From the NCBI GenBank assembly GCA_036785375.1, contig JAWMAR010000127.1, forward strand, positions 1,736,001 to 1,800,000: a stretch of DNA of 64,000 nt, given 5' to 3'. This document shows positions 36,101 through 49,949 of the stretch, in pieces. The notes below the pieces were generated by a model. It had not been told where the DNA came from, made no database searches, and saw nothing but the letters and a program-made list of their open reading frames with translations. The first letter of the stretch is position 1. Every line of letters starts with the position of its first letter. The translations under genes and the position numbers were made by a program. Source of the DNA: Leucoraja ocellata (lineage: Eukaryota).

Positions 36101-39100
36101 CTTTTTACAAAAATGATATTAAGGCATCAAACTTCTTTTTTTTTTTTAACAACAAATAATGAAAATCACCAACGTTCAGCTCAGTGTGAAAATTTGTCAT
36201 GAGGAACATTGTCTAGCCTGTTTGAAATACCTAAATGATCAATCATAGCGTTTCCTAACCTGTTTTTAGTAATTACTAGACCAAGGGGGACCCGATGGGT
36301 CCCGTCCCCTCAACACGCGGTTGTGTGTGTGTGTGTGGGGGGGGGCGGCCTGTGGCGTCACACAATCACTAACCACCCCCCCTCCACATTATTTTCCCTC
36401 GAAGATGACCTCTTAATACAATATAACAGGTAATAAGTTTAACTTTGCCATGGAGCATTGTTTCATTTATTGTCATTCAGAAGCTACTAGATCTCCTTTA
36501 TTTTCCAGACACTATTTTTTCCCATTTCAGTAATAGTTTAAAAAAAATTCTGCATAATTCGCTATATGTTGTTTCATCCAACAATTGTGTGCCTAAATCT
36601 TAATTTAAATTTCAATTCTCCGGAGCTTATTCTGTTCAGCTTTACTAGTGTTGTTTAATCGACAATTTTTGCCAATTTATTTGTAATTCCTAGCTCTTGT
36701 TGAAATAAAAGGATTTATATAATACATATATCACTGTGGAAGTCTACTAGCAACATTTCCTCAGCAAGATAACGACCAATGTAGCACTATTCTCCTGTTA
36801 ATCAATTGCATATCTGCAGAAAATGTTTCTATGATTCCTTTATTTTTTTGCACCAGTCTTAAAAATCCAAGAATATCATATCTACTTCCCCCCATGAAGG
36901 TCTTTTGAATATTTTATGACTATTACTAAATTTACATTAAAAAGGAGAACACTGCAGTTCTAAACAATAATTTTAAGAAATGAACACATTAATTGAAGGC
37001 AAATTAACTTTGTCTGACATAAGAATCATTTTAATATTGAATTATCTTTTCTTTTTTTTTTAAATGTCCTATTATAGTGCATTCCAGTTTGAATGATTGG
37101 AAATATTCAAATGCTAAATATATTCAGTGTAAGGATAGGTGGGCAGCACAGTGGTGCAGCCGAAGAGCTGCTGCCTTACAGCGCCAGAAACCCAAGATCA
37201 ATCCTGACTACAGGTGCTGTCTGTGAAAAGTTTGTACGTTCTTCCTGTGACCATGTAAGTTTTCTCCAGATGCTCCATTGTCCTCCCACATTCCAGAGAT
37301 GTGCAGGTTTGTAGGTTAATTGACTTCTGAAAATTGCCCCAAGTGTGTAGGATGTGAAAGTAGGATAACATAGAACTAGTGTATGGGTCGATCATTGGCA
37401 AGAACTTGGTGGACTGAAGGGCCTGTTTCCACACTGTATCTCTGCACCCGTGTCAGTAATAAATATCCTAGCCATCACAACACAGCCCTCGGTATCTCAA
37501 TTGTATTACTTTTCATTGACAGTGAGAATAAATTGTGTGCTTATTTAATAGATCTAAAGTAGTGTAAAGAATTACCGTAAATGTGGTCAGCAAGACACAA
37601 GGTCATAAGAGTAAAATTAATAGCAGAATTAGGCATTCGGCTCATCAAGTCTACTCTGCCATTCAATTATGGCTGATCTATTTATCCCTCCTAACCCCAT
37701 TCTCCTGCCTTCTCCCCATAACCGCTGACACCCACACTAATCAAGAATCTATCTATCTCTGCCTTAAAAATATTCATTGTCTTGATCTCCACAGCCTTCT
37801 GGAGAATTCCACAGATTCACCATCTTCTGACTAAAGAAATTCCCTCTCATCTCCTTCCAATTGGAAGGTCCTTTAATTATGATTATGAGTATAGTCCTAG
37901 ACTCTCCCACTTGTGAAAACATGCTTTCCACATCCACTCTATGCAAGCCTTTCACTATTCAGTACGTTTCAATGAGATCCCCCTCATATTAGAAACAAAC
38001 ATTTATTATCAATATGCTAACCACTGATCTCATAACAACGTCCTTATTCCCGCCTTGGCATTTGTTAATTCGAAGCACAATGGAATATTTACAAAATTAA
38101 AAGTACAAGGAAATGGAACTAGCCTTAGGACATAACATGTATACCAGCAGAGAATCAAGGATAAATATATGTTTTGACTGGCAAGATATAATATATACTC
38201 CCCCAAAGCAGCCGTTCCCTACCCGTAGCCCCCACAGGAGATGTGGTCCTCCAACTGAAGATTCGAGCACTCAGCAGTGCGGCTGTTTTTAAATGGTGTC
38301 TTTGAGGAGAGAGGCGGGCGCCAGCAGCCGTTATGGTCGCTGGCCAGCAGGAGGCGACAAAATGAGTGAGTGGGGGGGGAGAGAGGGATTGTATTAAAAA
38401 TGTGTACATAAACACAGCAAAATTAATGAGGAGTGGATACTTGGAATGAAAAGTGAAATCTCTACCGAAATGGAAAATATCTGGGCGTTTGTGGGTCTGG
38501 TGCTGGCGTAGCAACGAATCAAAGACTGGCACCCACAAGTCAGGCAGAAACACAGCCAGCCAGCAGCCACAGAGTTTTAATATTATATAGACATAGATAG
38601 ATAGATGTGTAGGAAGGAACTGCAGATGCTGGTTTAAACCAAAGATAGACACAAAAAGCTAGAGTAACTCAGCGGGACAGGCAACATCTTGGGAGAGAAG
38701 AAATGGGTGAAGTTTCGGACACGTCACCCATTCCTTCTCTCCAGAGATGCTGCCTGTCCCGCTGAGTTATTCCAGCTTTTTGCATCTAAAATGTAATACA
38801 AGTCATTTGAACAAGGAACTGCTTTTTGATATAAACTACTGATTCAAATTTTCATTCACTAATTTTGGAGATAAATTAAATTATGGAGAGGCCCAAGAAA
38901 AGAGTGCATAATGGAGGAAGTGAGAACATTAGATTTCTATTTGTAATAGCATTCAAGTTTTATGCACCTAAATTTTGAAGGATATATTAGACTTAGATGG
39001 GGTGTAGCATAGTTTCATAAGATCTATACCAGGCCATTACTTATTAAATGAAGACATATAATTTAGACTTAAATAACATTATTTTTGGTTTATATTGAAG

Positions 39101-40130
39101 GGTGATCTAATTGACATGTTTAAAATGATCGAAAAATTTATAAGAGTTTTCCATATCTACAGGCATCATAGAAGGAAGCCATCTAATCTTGTGTTCAAGA
39201 AGGAACTGCAGATGCTGGAAGATCGAAGGTACACAAAAGTGCTGGAGAAACTCAGCGGGTGCAGCAGCATCTATGGAGCGAAGGAAATAGGTGACGTTTC
39301 GGGCCGAAACCCTTCTTCAGACTGAGACCCAGCCATCTAATCTTTGCTGGCTCATTGAGCAATTCTATTCCCATACTAATTTTACCTGTAACCTGGTCTC
39401 CTCATATTCCTATCAAATTCCCCCAGATTCTACGACTATTCAGCAGACTGGTAGCAATTTAGAGTGCCCAATTAACTTACCAACCAGCATGTTGTAAAGA
39501 TATGAAGGAAATTGGAACACCCTCACAAAGCACATGTCATGACAGGGGAAACAAGAAAACTTCACACCGACAGCACTGGGCGTTAGGAATCAACCTGCGT
39601 TGTTGGTGCTATGAAGCAACAGCTTTACCAGTTTGGCCCTGAAGAATAGAAATTATTTCTTCTGATGGGGGGAATCCAGAACAAGAAAATAGATCTTCAC
39701 ATTTGAACTGGACCATTTAGGAATCATTCAAGAAATATATTTTTCAGATGGAAGGCATTGGAAACTTGACATATTTCTCCCACAAACTGTAATGACTGAT
39801 GGATCACCTGAAAATATACAGAACTAGATAAAAAGGGCCAGATAAAAGGGCATCATTCGTGATCTAAAAGAATAAAAAAAACACAAATAGGTTGAATGGC
39901 CTATTATAAGGTAATTAGTGATATAAGCAGAATTATGTCATCCGGCCCATCAAGTCTACTCCGCCATTCAATCATGGCTGATCTATCTCTCTCTCCTAAC
40001 CCCATTCTCCTGCCTTCTCCCCATAACTAATCAATGTTTGCACCTTGCAACAAAACATTTTGATTTATACTTATTGCATGAAACATAACATTGGTGAAAA
40101 TAGGTGAACTATCACAAGTAAAAAGGATAC
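36101..40130 (-). other. U12-type (minor spliceosome) GT-AG intron of CFAP69
   Basis: 5' splice site GTATCCTTTT. Branch-point-like TGCCTTAAT (36126-36118) lies close to the AG, with no strong polypyrimidine tract. Confidence 0.88.
37138..37445 (+). mobile_element. tRNA-derived SINE (HE1/V-SINE-like)
   Basis: tRNA-like head with A/B-box remnants, central core and CR1-like tail. Related copies at 41352-41625, 51390-51640, 59160-59420 and 21018-21262. Confidence 0.75.
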
Positions 40131-40196
40131 AAAACCAAACTGATAATGTTTCACCAGCTTCTTCAAAGCATGCAGATGTCTTTCAACAAGGTTGCA
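40131..40196 (-). CDS. CFAP69: CFAP69 exon 3 (CNLVERHLHALKKLVKHYQFGF)
   Basis: ttttctgcag acceptor, GTATCCTTT (U12) donor, 66 nt. Resembles human KKLVQCYQNGL. Confidence 0.9.
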
Positions 40197-41351
40197 CTGC
40201 AGAAAATGCAAAAATGATACACACGGCTTCATATGTGCAACACTTAACACTGTGATTTTAAAAGGTGATTCTAAATTCCAATAAAATTCTTATGCATGAT
40301 GCTCAGTGATTTAAATTGTTAAAATTAGAAATTAAATCCCTCCTAAAATGCTGCAGCAAGGCAATAAAAATAAATTAAGATTCCAGCATGATATCATTAC
40401 ATATCTCTTTTTAGCAATTAATATAATTGTAGGTTTCAAATCAAAATTTAATGATAGAATGATTACAATAGGTTCTGACAAATATCACAGGCAAATGAAA
40501 ATGAAATCATAGATAAATCAGTATATATTATCAAATTACATTATCACTTTCAGTTATGAGAATTCGTACTGAACATTTTTAGGATGAAGCGTGAAACGGA
40601 ATAATACAAAAGACTCAGGAAGGTCTTCAGCAAGACAATTTGATATTATTTTATATGGAATATTAGTTTTAAGTAGAAATATTGCATTGTAGCATTCCCA
40701 GAAATAATCAGATTTCTACCAGTTAGTAATCAGAGTTCCATATTTTTGATGTTGCAGAAATTCATGCAACATCACTGTATATTATATCTGATGGAATTCA
40801 GTGCAAAAGTCATTTTGACAGTTTTTAGATATTTTAATTACAACAGTCTCAGATGATATGCTAATATTTTCAGGAAAACTTGCAAAGAAGTCGAGAGATG
40901 GAACCAAAACAAAAGTTTGTATTCAATGAAACATTAGAATCACATAAAATTCTGCAACTAAATAGAATATATAGCCCAACAAGTCCATTACACTCTCTTT
41001 GATCCGCCAATGCCTCTTCCCATCATGGCTTCATTAACTTTATCTGCTATGCTTTTTACCTACATCTGCTGAGCAAGCTTCTCCACTACTATTGCAAGTA
41101 CATTCTTCCTTAGTTAGAGAGAACATGCCTATACACAATAGTCTCACCAGTGTTCTATAATTGGAGAAAGAAGTCTCCATTCTTATACTCAAACCCTCTT
41201 GCAGTAAACGCAAATATATCATTAGTCTTTCCAATTGCTTACTTCACATGCATGATAAGTTACAATGATTTGCGTCAGATGTACTAGGTCCCTTTGAACA
41301 CTTTTCAACCTCATCATTTGAAAAGACTATGTATTGATTTTGCTGTTGAAT

Positions 41352-41625
41352 TGCGGCATGGTGACGCAGTGGTAGAGTTGCTGCCTTACATAGCCAGAGA
41401 CCCGGGTTTGATCCCGCTGCTATCTCTATGGAATTTATACATTCTCTCTGTGACCGTGTGGGTTTTCTCCGGGTGCTCCGGTTTCCTCCCACACTCTGGA
41501 ACATACAGGTTTGTAGGTGAACGGGCTTCAGTGAAATTTTAAATTGTTCCTAGTGTGTAGGATCGTGCGAGTGTGCGGGGGTGATCGCTGGTCAGCATGG
41601 TGGGCCGAAGGGCCTGTTTCTGCGC
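41352..41625 (+). mobile_element. tRNA-derived SINE (HE1/V-SINE-like)
   Basis: GCAGTGGTAGAG A box, GGTTTGATCCC B box, and the CCGGGTGCTCCGGTTTCCTCCCACA core. Confidence 0.8.
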
Positions 41626-42185
41626 TAGAAACATAGAAAACATAGAAAATAGGTGCAGGAGGAGGCCATTCGGCCCTTCGAGCCAGCACCACTATTCATT
41701 GTGATCATGGCTGATCATCCCCAATCAATAACCCATGCCTGCTTTCTGCCCATATCCCTTGATTTCACCAGCCCCGAGAGCTCTATCTAACTCTCTCTTA
41801 AATCCATTAACCTCTCTCTTGGCCTCCACTGCTTTCTGTGGCAGGGAATTCCACAAATTCACAACTCTCTGGGTGAAAACGTTTTTTCAGTTCTAAATGG
41901 CCTCCCCTTTATTCTAAGACTGTGGCCCCTGGTTCTGGACAAATTGGGAACATTTTTCCCACATCTAGCCTGTCCAGTGCTTTTATAAGTTTCTATAAGA
42001 ATCCCCCTCATCATTCTAAACTCCAGTGAATACAAGCCTAATCTTTTCAATCCTTCCTCATATGACCCGCCATCCCAAGGATCAATCTCGTGAACCTACG
42101 CTGCACAGCCTCAATCACAAGGATGTCCTTCCTCAAATTAGGAGACCAAAACTGTACACAATAATCCAGATGTGGTCTTACCAGA
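41626..42185 (-). mobile_element. CR1 3' fragment
   Basis: LGLYSLEFR..RG motif and octamer tail. Abuts the LTR at 42186. Confidence 0.85.
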
Positions 42186-44425
42186 TGCAGATAGGTTTAT
42201 GCATGCAACCAATCATATATAGGTTAGCATCACTAACCCCGCCTTACTGTATTATTTATATTAACACCCACTTCCTATGCTACGCAGTTCGGTAGCAGAC
42301 AGGAGGCAGTGACTACTAACATGCTGTCAAATCTGTATGTGGATTAAGGATGATCTTAAGTTACGTGTTGTTTAGATCTCATCGTGAACATAGCGTTTAT
42401 CATGTTCAAGCCTCTCTGAAAGTTCAAATCTTGTCTTGCCCGCTCATGAGCCAACTGTCCAGAAATTTGTTTTCGGACTTCTTCGTTAGTAACTATTGGC
42501 TGGACAGAAGAAGGTGGTGAAGTTCCACTTTAAGTTTTTTTCTGGAGATGGTTGTGATTTTTCAGTAGACGGCGAAGCATCTCACATACGGCTGATAACA
42601 CTATCAGAGAGCCTGATGCCCTTCACCACTGTGATCTGATCATTCTCATCTCGGATGTAGATTGCTTTATGCACGCATTCGAGAGGCATGATGGAGTGGA
42701 TATCGGTGATGGCCTGTGACTGGGTCTCTTTTTCCAAGGTGCCTGCAACTTCTGGCAGAGACAATTAGTTCATTTTACTTTCTTATTTCGTCTGTTTGCT
42801 TTTTAATTTAATGCTGACGAGATGGGAAGTAGCGGGAGCACCAAACGTGTTTCCTTCGAAGCGGATGAGAATGATCAGATCATAGTGGTGAAGGGCATCA
42901 GGTTCTCTGGATGAGGGGGGATCTTATAGAAACATATAAAATTATAAAAGGACTGGACAAGCTAGATGCAGGAAAAATGTTCCCAATGTTGGGCGAGTCC
43001 AGAACCAGGGGCCACAGTCTTAGAATAAAGGGGAGGTCATTTAAGACTGAGGTGAGAAAAACCTTTTTCACCCAGAAAGTTGTGAATTTATGGAATTCCC
43101 TGCCACAGAGGGCAGTGGAGGCCAAGTCACTGGATGGATTTAAGAGAGAGTTAGACACCAGCTTCCTGATGAGCCGTTAGAGATTTGTTTGTGATTTAAG
43201 ATACATGGCTCAGAGGTGCCGATTCGAAACCATGACGAATGAGCTGATAAGGGATAAACTAGTTTCTGGGTTGATTGATCAGAAGCTAAGCACTGAGTTA
43301 CTGCGGAATCCTGATTTAACCCTTGAGCAAGCAACACATGCCTGTTGTATGTCTAAGTTTGTTGCTCCATTAAGCAAACAGCTTGACTCTGAGAAGAAGA
43401 CCATAAACCTGACGGTTTTCCACAGACTACAAACACCGACCGATAACAGAAGATTTATGACTGAGCCCCCTCAGCCGTCTAATCGGGGATTCGCCAATGA
43501 GCCTCCTCAGAGATATCCTAATTGTAACTACTTCCACAACAAGGGGCAAGCTACCTGACCACATTTTCCACTCCATTTGGCAGATTTAAATTTCTAAGAA
43601 TGCCATTCGGCATTAACTCAGCCAGCTATGATCCAGAAGAGTATCCAGGAGAAACACGACATCCAGGAACGATCTCATGACAAGTCCAGCAAACCACTTA
43701 AACCACTACTACCAGCCCAAGTCGTCGGTTTGCAAACTACTGTGGGACATTCCCGTCTAGGTTGCGTTGTTGGCCCGTCTGAAGAACCCCGATCTTACCT
43801 TGTTGACATCGATGGCGCCTTGTACTGTTGGAGCCACGAACACTTGATGGTTGTGAAGGAGCCACGTCAACCACCAGCTGATCCTTTCGCTCCACCTCTA
43901 CTGTACCAGCCATCTGCTGATGTGTCCACCACCAGTTCCAGCATGTCCCTTACCCCACCACGCCTGGCGGCTATGATTAACAACAATACTACCTCTCCCG
44001 CATGCTCCCCCTGTTGGTCACCACGGGTGTCCCCAGCTGCTTTCTCACTTCTGGGTATAACGCCTCCCTCTAACTTTTCTGGCGAAGGGGGAGAGGGCTT
44101 GGTCCGCACGCGTTCGGGCCATATTAGTAGACCGCCTGATAGATATGGCGCGTATATTTGAATTCTAGCTGCATGTGTGTTTAACTATATTCGCTCTTTA
44201 CAGGGAAGGATGTAGATTGGTTATTGCATGTGAACCAATCATAATAGAATAGCATCACTAACCCCACCTTAATGTATGATTCATACTAACACCCACTTCC
44301 TACACTAGTCAGTCTTGGAAGCGGTAACGATGAACTAACAACTAACGACCTGCTGTACCGTTATAATTTGGGTACTGATTAAAGATGATCTTGAACTTCA
44401 GATTGTGTAGATTACTTTTTTACAC
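42186..44425 (+). mobile_element. Internally deleted Gypsy element with two diverged LTRs
   Basis: LTR-like repeats start at 42186 and 44211, the latter after PPT CAGGGAAGGA. gag LIRDKLVSGL is joined to the integrase C-terminus. A CR1 piece lies at about 42910-43157. Confidence 0.75.
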
Positions 44426-44544
44426 AAGCCATCTTAAATGACCACCTAAACTGTCATTTGGCAATCTAAAAGGCTGCCTAGGTTGCCCAGCTGGAAACAT
44501 AGATAAAAAGTTAAGTGAGAACCCTGACATGATTACAATCGAGC

Positions 44545-44970
44545 CTTTTAAAGTTTATAGATACATGTTAAGGGAATAACATTTAGTGCAAGGTAAGGCC
44601 AGCAAAGTCCGATCAAGGATAGTCCGAGGGTCACCAATCAGGTAGATAGTAGTTCAGCGCTGCTCTCTGGTTGTGGTAGGATGATTCAGTTGCCCGATAA
44701 TAGCTGGGAAGAAACTGCCCCAGAATGTGGAAGTGTACCTATAACTTCTATACCTTTTTGCCTGATGGGAGAGGGGAAAAGAGGGAGTGGCCAGGGTGCA
44801 ATTCATCCTTGATTACGCTGCTGGCCTTGCCGGGGCAGCGTGAGGTATAAATTGTCAATAGAAGGGAGATTGGGTAGAGTGATGGTCTGGGCTGCGTCCA
44901 CAATTCACTGCAATTTCTTGCGGTCTTGGAAGGAGCTGTTCCTAAACCAAGCTGTGATGCATCCTGATAA
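44545..44970 (-). mobile_element. Rex1/Babar- or L2-like LINE 3' fragment
   Basis: Minus strand encodes LQ.IVDAAQTI...HPGHSLFSPLPSGKRYRS...SFFPAII. Confidence 0.65.
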
Positions 44971-45867
44971 ATATCAATACCTGTACTTTATAAGTGCGAG
45001 CAGTTGGAAAGTCATTGGGGTAGGATACTGGGGAGTGTGGTGAAGGAAATAGATCAGGGAGTACAAGTATATAGTTCCTTGAACAGGTAGATAGGGTGAG
45101 GACAAAGGATCTTGGTGTATTGGCCTTCATTAGTCAGGGGATTGAGTAAAAACGCTGGCACATTATGTTATAGTTGTACAAGACATTGGTGTTAATTGTA
45201 CATTATGTTAAATTCTGGTCACACTGCTATAGGAAATATATAATTAAGCTGAAAAGAGTGCAGAGAAGATGTAAAAATATGGTTCAAGAATGTTGAGGAC
45301 CTGAGCTAAAGCGAGAGGTTGGGCAGGCTAGGATTTTATTCTTTGAGGGTGATCTTATAGAAGGGTGTAAAATCAAGATGGGAATGGATAGGGTGAATGC
45401 ATAGAGTGTTTTTCCAAGGTACGGGGAGCAAAAACTAGAGGGCATAGGTTTAAAGAAGCAACATTTAAAACGTACTTAAAAGGGCACATGAATAGGCAGG
45501 TAATTGAAGGAAAAATATATCACGTGCAGGCAAATGTGCAGTTTAAATTGGTCTCATGGTAGGCGCAGACACCATGGGATGAAGAGCCTGTGTTATATTG
45601 TAATGTTCTATGTTCTAAAGGTACAGTACTAATACGATTAGTGTAGATGGGCAAAACATTTTGGCTCTACGAGCCCTCGTATAACTCTAAGACTAACAGC
45701 TCAGTGAAAAATAGTCGCTGAATAGAATTCTTAGGTTCATCTCATGGGAGCCACAATGCAAAAACTGTTTTGATTATGATAAACCCATACGTAGCCTTAG
45801 GGCAGTATAAACAACACAATAATATTAAGGTAGAGGTAAGATCAGATTTTACCAATAAACTACTCAC

Positions 45868-45930
45868 TGAGTATTTATCTTCTATTAGATTAGCAATACG
45901 ATTTATGTCCACAGGCCTTGGGCATACATC
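45868..45930 (-). CDS. CFAP69: CFAP69 exon 2 (DVCPRPVDINRIANLIEDKYS)
   Basis: tttataag acceptor, gtgagt donor, 63 nt, phase 0/0. Resembles human DVFKPMDLNRVIKLLEE. Confidence 0.85.
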
Positions 45931-47750
45931 CTTATAAACAGGAAAAAAAGATTAGGTTATATTGAATAGTTAAAAAGAAAGTGTGTCGTAAAAAGGGGTT
46001 GCAGCTGGAGAGTTTCAGACTTGCAATAACAAAGATATTTTACCTCCAGGATTTTCAAACTGGTGGGTGATAGGTAATAACAAATAAGGAGAACAAATAG
46101 ACTGATGAAGCATGATGGGGGTGGGGACGGTGATGGTAAAGAAAGAGGATGGAAGGTGATTAGTGGAACCTGATAAGGGAGGGGTGATTGCAGGCCAAGA
46201 CACGAAGCAATGGGACAATAACATAACCATTGTCAGTGAAGACTGGTGTCAAACATAATTGCAATATTGCTCCACTATTTTTCTCAATTTCTCTTGCTAC
46301 AATATTGCATGCCACCTTGAACAAAATTCCCGAGGGAGTGGAGTTAATCGACAGAAGTAATGTGCATTCAGAGGGGATGACATAACTACGCTTAGTTATC
46401 TCACCCTTTGAACACACAGCCCTCCACTCACTGGTTGACAATCCCAACATTGTTATTAAAACGGCTGACCAGGGAGGTGTTGTTGTAGTCTGGTGGGCTG
46501 ACCTCTACCATACTGAGACAAGGTGCCAGCTCTCGGACATTTCCTCATATCTACCCCTTGACCATGACCCACAGACGAACACCAGACCATCCTCTCCCAA
46601 ACCGTTTCTGATCTCATTGCCTCGGGCGATCTCCCTTTCACAGCCTCCAACCTTATCATTTACCAAACCCGCACTGCCCGCTTCTATCTCCATCCCATGA
46701 TCCTGAAACAGGACTACCCTGGTAGACCCATCGTCTCTGCCTGCTCTTGCCCCACTGAACTCATCTCCACAAAACTCGATTCCATCCAATTCCCCCTTGT
46801 TTCTTCCCCTAACAGAAACCCAATTAATTTCCCTCAATTAACACTCTCCGTCTTCTGGCGGAACGTCTTCACTCTTCTTTCTCTTTTAACTCCTCAAATT
46901 CTCTAAGTTAAAGGTGTAACCGTGGGCACTCACATTGGCCACAGTTATGCCTGGGTTTTTGTAAGTTACGATCAACAGGCCTTATTTCAGGCACACGCTG
47001 GCACTATTAACTTCACCACTAACCTCCACCCTGCCCTCAACTTCACCTGGCCCATCACCAACATCTCTCTCCCCTTTCTTGATCTCTGACTCCTTCACAG
47101 GGCAGACTATTGCCAAATCTACCATAAACTTACCGACTCCCGCAGTTATGTGGACTGCCCTCCCTCGCACCCTGCCTCTTACAAATTCCATACTTTCAAT
47201 TCTTCCGGCTTCGCCACATCTGTTCCCAAGATGAGACTTTCCATTTTAGGACATTAGGGATGTCCTCTTTCTTTAGTAAATGTAGTGTACCGCCTTCTGT
47301 CACAGATGGATCCCTCATCCCTGTCCCGTCTGTGTCCCATAGTTCTGCTCTTGCCCCTTCCCCCAGACAGAACAAGAATCCCTGGTTCCCCTGGTCTTCA
47401 TGTCTCACCCCACCAGCCGCTGTATCCTCCAACATTTCCGTTCCTCCAACGTGATCCCACCACCAGTCACATCTTTCCATCTCCACCTCTTTCCACCTTC
47501 CGGAGAAATTGCTCCCTCTGCAACTCCTTGGTTCACTCGTCCCTTCCCACCCAAACTACCCCCTTTCTAGGTACTTTCCCCTGCAACCACAGGAGATGTA
47601 ACACCTGTTCCTATGCCTCAGTCCTTGACCTGTGCAATCCTTCCAGGTGAGACAGAGGCTCACATGCATTTCCACTGACCATATCTATTGCATCGTTGTT
47701 TCCAATGTGGCCTCCTGTACATTGGCGAGACCAAGCATAGACTCAGCGAC

Positions 47751-49949
47751 AAGAATATAAAGCAGGGCAGTAAAAGCTCCTTTAGTTATGTGAAGAGGAA
47801 AAAAATTGTTAAGACCAAAGTTGGACCCTTGAAGACTGAAAAAGGTAACTTTATTATGAGGAATAAGCAAATTGCAGATGAGTTGAACAGGTACTTTGGA
47901 TCTGTCTTCACTAAGGACACAAACAATCTTCCTGATATAGTAGTGGCCAGAGGATCTGGGGTGACAGAGGAACTGAAGGACATCTACATTAGGCAGGAAA
48001 TGGTGCTGGATAGACTGATGGGACTGAAGGCTGATAAATCCCCAGGGCCTGATGGTCTGCATCCCAGGATACTTAAGGAAGTGGGTCTAGAAATTGTGGA
48101 TACATTGGTGATAATTTTCCAATGTTCTATAGACTCAGGATCAGTTCCTGTGGATTAGAGGGTAGCTAATGTTATCCCATTTTTTAAGAAAGGCTGGAGA
48201 GAGAAAACAGGGAATTATAGACCAGTTAGCCTGACATCGGTGGTGGGGAAGATGCTGGAGTCAATTATAAAAGATGAGATAACCGCACATTTGGATAGCA
48301 GTAACAGGATCGGTCCGAGTCAGCATGGATTTACAAAGGTGTAAGATGTAACTAGGAAAATGGACAAGGGAGAGCCAGTGGATGTATTGTACCTGGACTT
48401 TCAGAAAGCATTTGATAAGGTCCCACATAGGAGATTAGTGGGCAAAATTAGGGCACATGGTATTGGGGGTAGAGTGCTGACATGGATAGAGAAGTAGTTG
48501 GCAGACAGGAAACAAAGAGCAGGGATTAACGGGTCCCTTTCAGAATGGCAGGCAGTGACTAGTGGTGTACCGCAAGGCTCGGTGCTGCAGTGGGACCGCA
48601 GCTATTTACATCAATGATTTGGATGAAGGGATTCAAAGTAACATTAGCAAATTTACAGATGACACAAAGCTGGGTGGCAGTGTGAACTGTGAGGAGGATG
48701 CTATGAGGCTGCAGGGTGAGTTGAACAGGTTGGGAGAGTGGGCAGATGCATGGCAGATGAAGTTTAATGTGGATAAATGTAATGTTGTCCACTTTGGTAT
48801 CAGATTCAGATTCAATTTTAATTGTCATTGTCAGTGTACAGTACAGAGACAACGAAATGCATTTAGCATCTCCCTTGAAGAGCGACATAGCAAACGATTT
48901 GAATTAAAAAAAATAATAAGTGTCCGGGGGGAGGGGGGGGGGGGGGGGGGGGGTGGTGATTGGCAGTCACCGAGGTACGTTGTTGAGTAGAGTGACAGCC
49001 GCCGGAAAGAAGCTGTTCCTCGACCTGCTGGTTCGGCAACGGAGAGACCTGTAGCGCCTCCCGGATGGTAGGAGGGTAAACAGTCCATGGTTGGGGTGAG
49101 AGCAGTCCTTGGCGATGCTGAGTGCCCTCCGCAGACAGACTCAATGGAGGGGAGCGTGGAACCGGTGATGCGTTGGGCAATTTTCACCACTCTCTGCAAT
49201 GCCTTCCGGTCGATCAAAAACAGGAAGGCAGATTACTATCTAAATGGCATCAAGTTGGGAAAAGGGGAAGTACAACGGGATTTGGCAGTCAGCAGGCAGT
49301 GAAGAAAGCGAAAGGCATGTTGGCCTTTATAACAAGAGGAATCAAATATAGGAGCAAAGAGGGCCTTCTGCAGTTGTACAGAGTCCTAGTGAGACCACAC
49401 CTGGAGTATTGTGTGCAGTTTTGGTCCGCTAATTTCAGGAAGGACATTCTTGCTATTGAGGGAGTGCAGCGTAGGTTTACATGGTTAATTCCCGGTATGG
49501 CGGGACTGTCGTATGCTGAGAGAATGGAGCAGCTGGGCTTGTACACTCTGGGGTTTAGAAGGATGAGAGGGGATCTCATTGAAACATATAAGATTGTTAA
49601 GGGCTTGGACATGCTAGAGGCAGGAAACATTTTCCCGATGTTGGGGGAGTCTAGAACCAGGGGCCACAGTTTAAGAATAAGGAATAAGCCATTTAGAACG
49701 GAGACAAGGAAACACTTTTTCTCACAGAGAGTGGGAGTCTGTGGAATTCTCTGCCTCAGAGGGCGGTGGAGGCAGGTTCTCTGGATGCTTTCAAGAGAGA
49801 GCTAGATAGGGCTCTTAAAAATAGTGGAGTCGGGGGATATGGGGAGAAGGGAGGAATGGGGTACTGATTGGGGATGATCAGCCATGATCACATTGAATGG
49901 CGATGCTGGCTCGAAGGGCCGAATGGCCTACTCCAGCACCTATTGTCTA
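47751..49949 (+). mobile_element. CR1 LINE inserted in the Penelope GIY-YIG domain
   Basis: KSPGPDGLHPR, YLDFQKAFDKV and SKFTDDTKL motifs, several stops, CR1 3' UTR. Confidence 0.9.
48803..49212 (-). mobile_element. Rex1/Babar-like LINE 3' end nested in CR1
   Basis: RKALQRVVKIAQRITG...LPSGRRYRS, (TGAATC)n tail, ATCA duplicated at 48799-48802 and 49213-49216. Confidence 0.75.

Noticed and set aside
36275-38606. Possible Helitron/Helentron-like ends (ACTAG plus hairpin at 36275; TATAGAT end near 38600)
   Set aside because: Cannot show that the two pieces belong to one element without a consensus.
48925-48955. Long G runs (also about 59663, 61992, and C runs at 22334 and 50952) as G-quadruplex signals
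   Set aside because: Homopolymers inside repeats; lengths are unreliable and there is no evidence of function.
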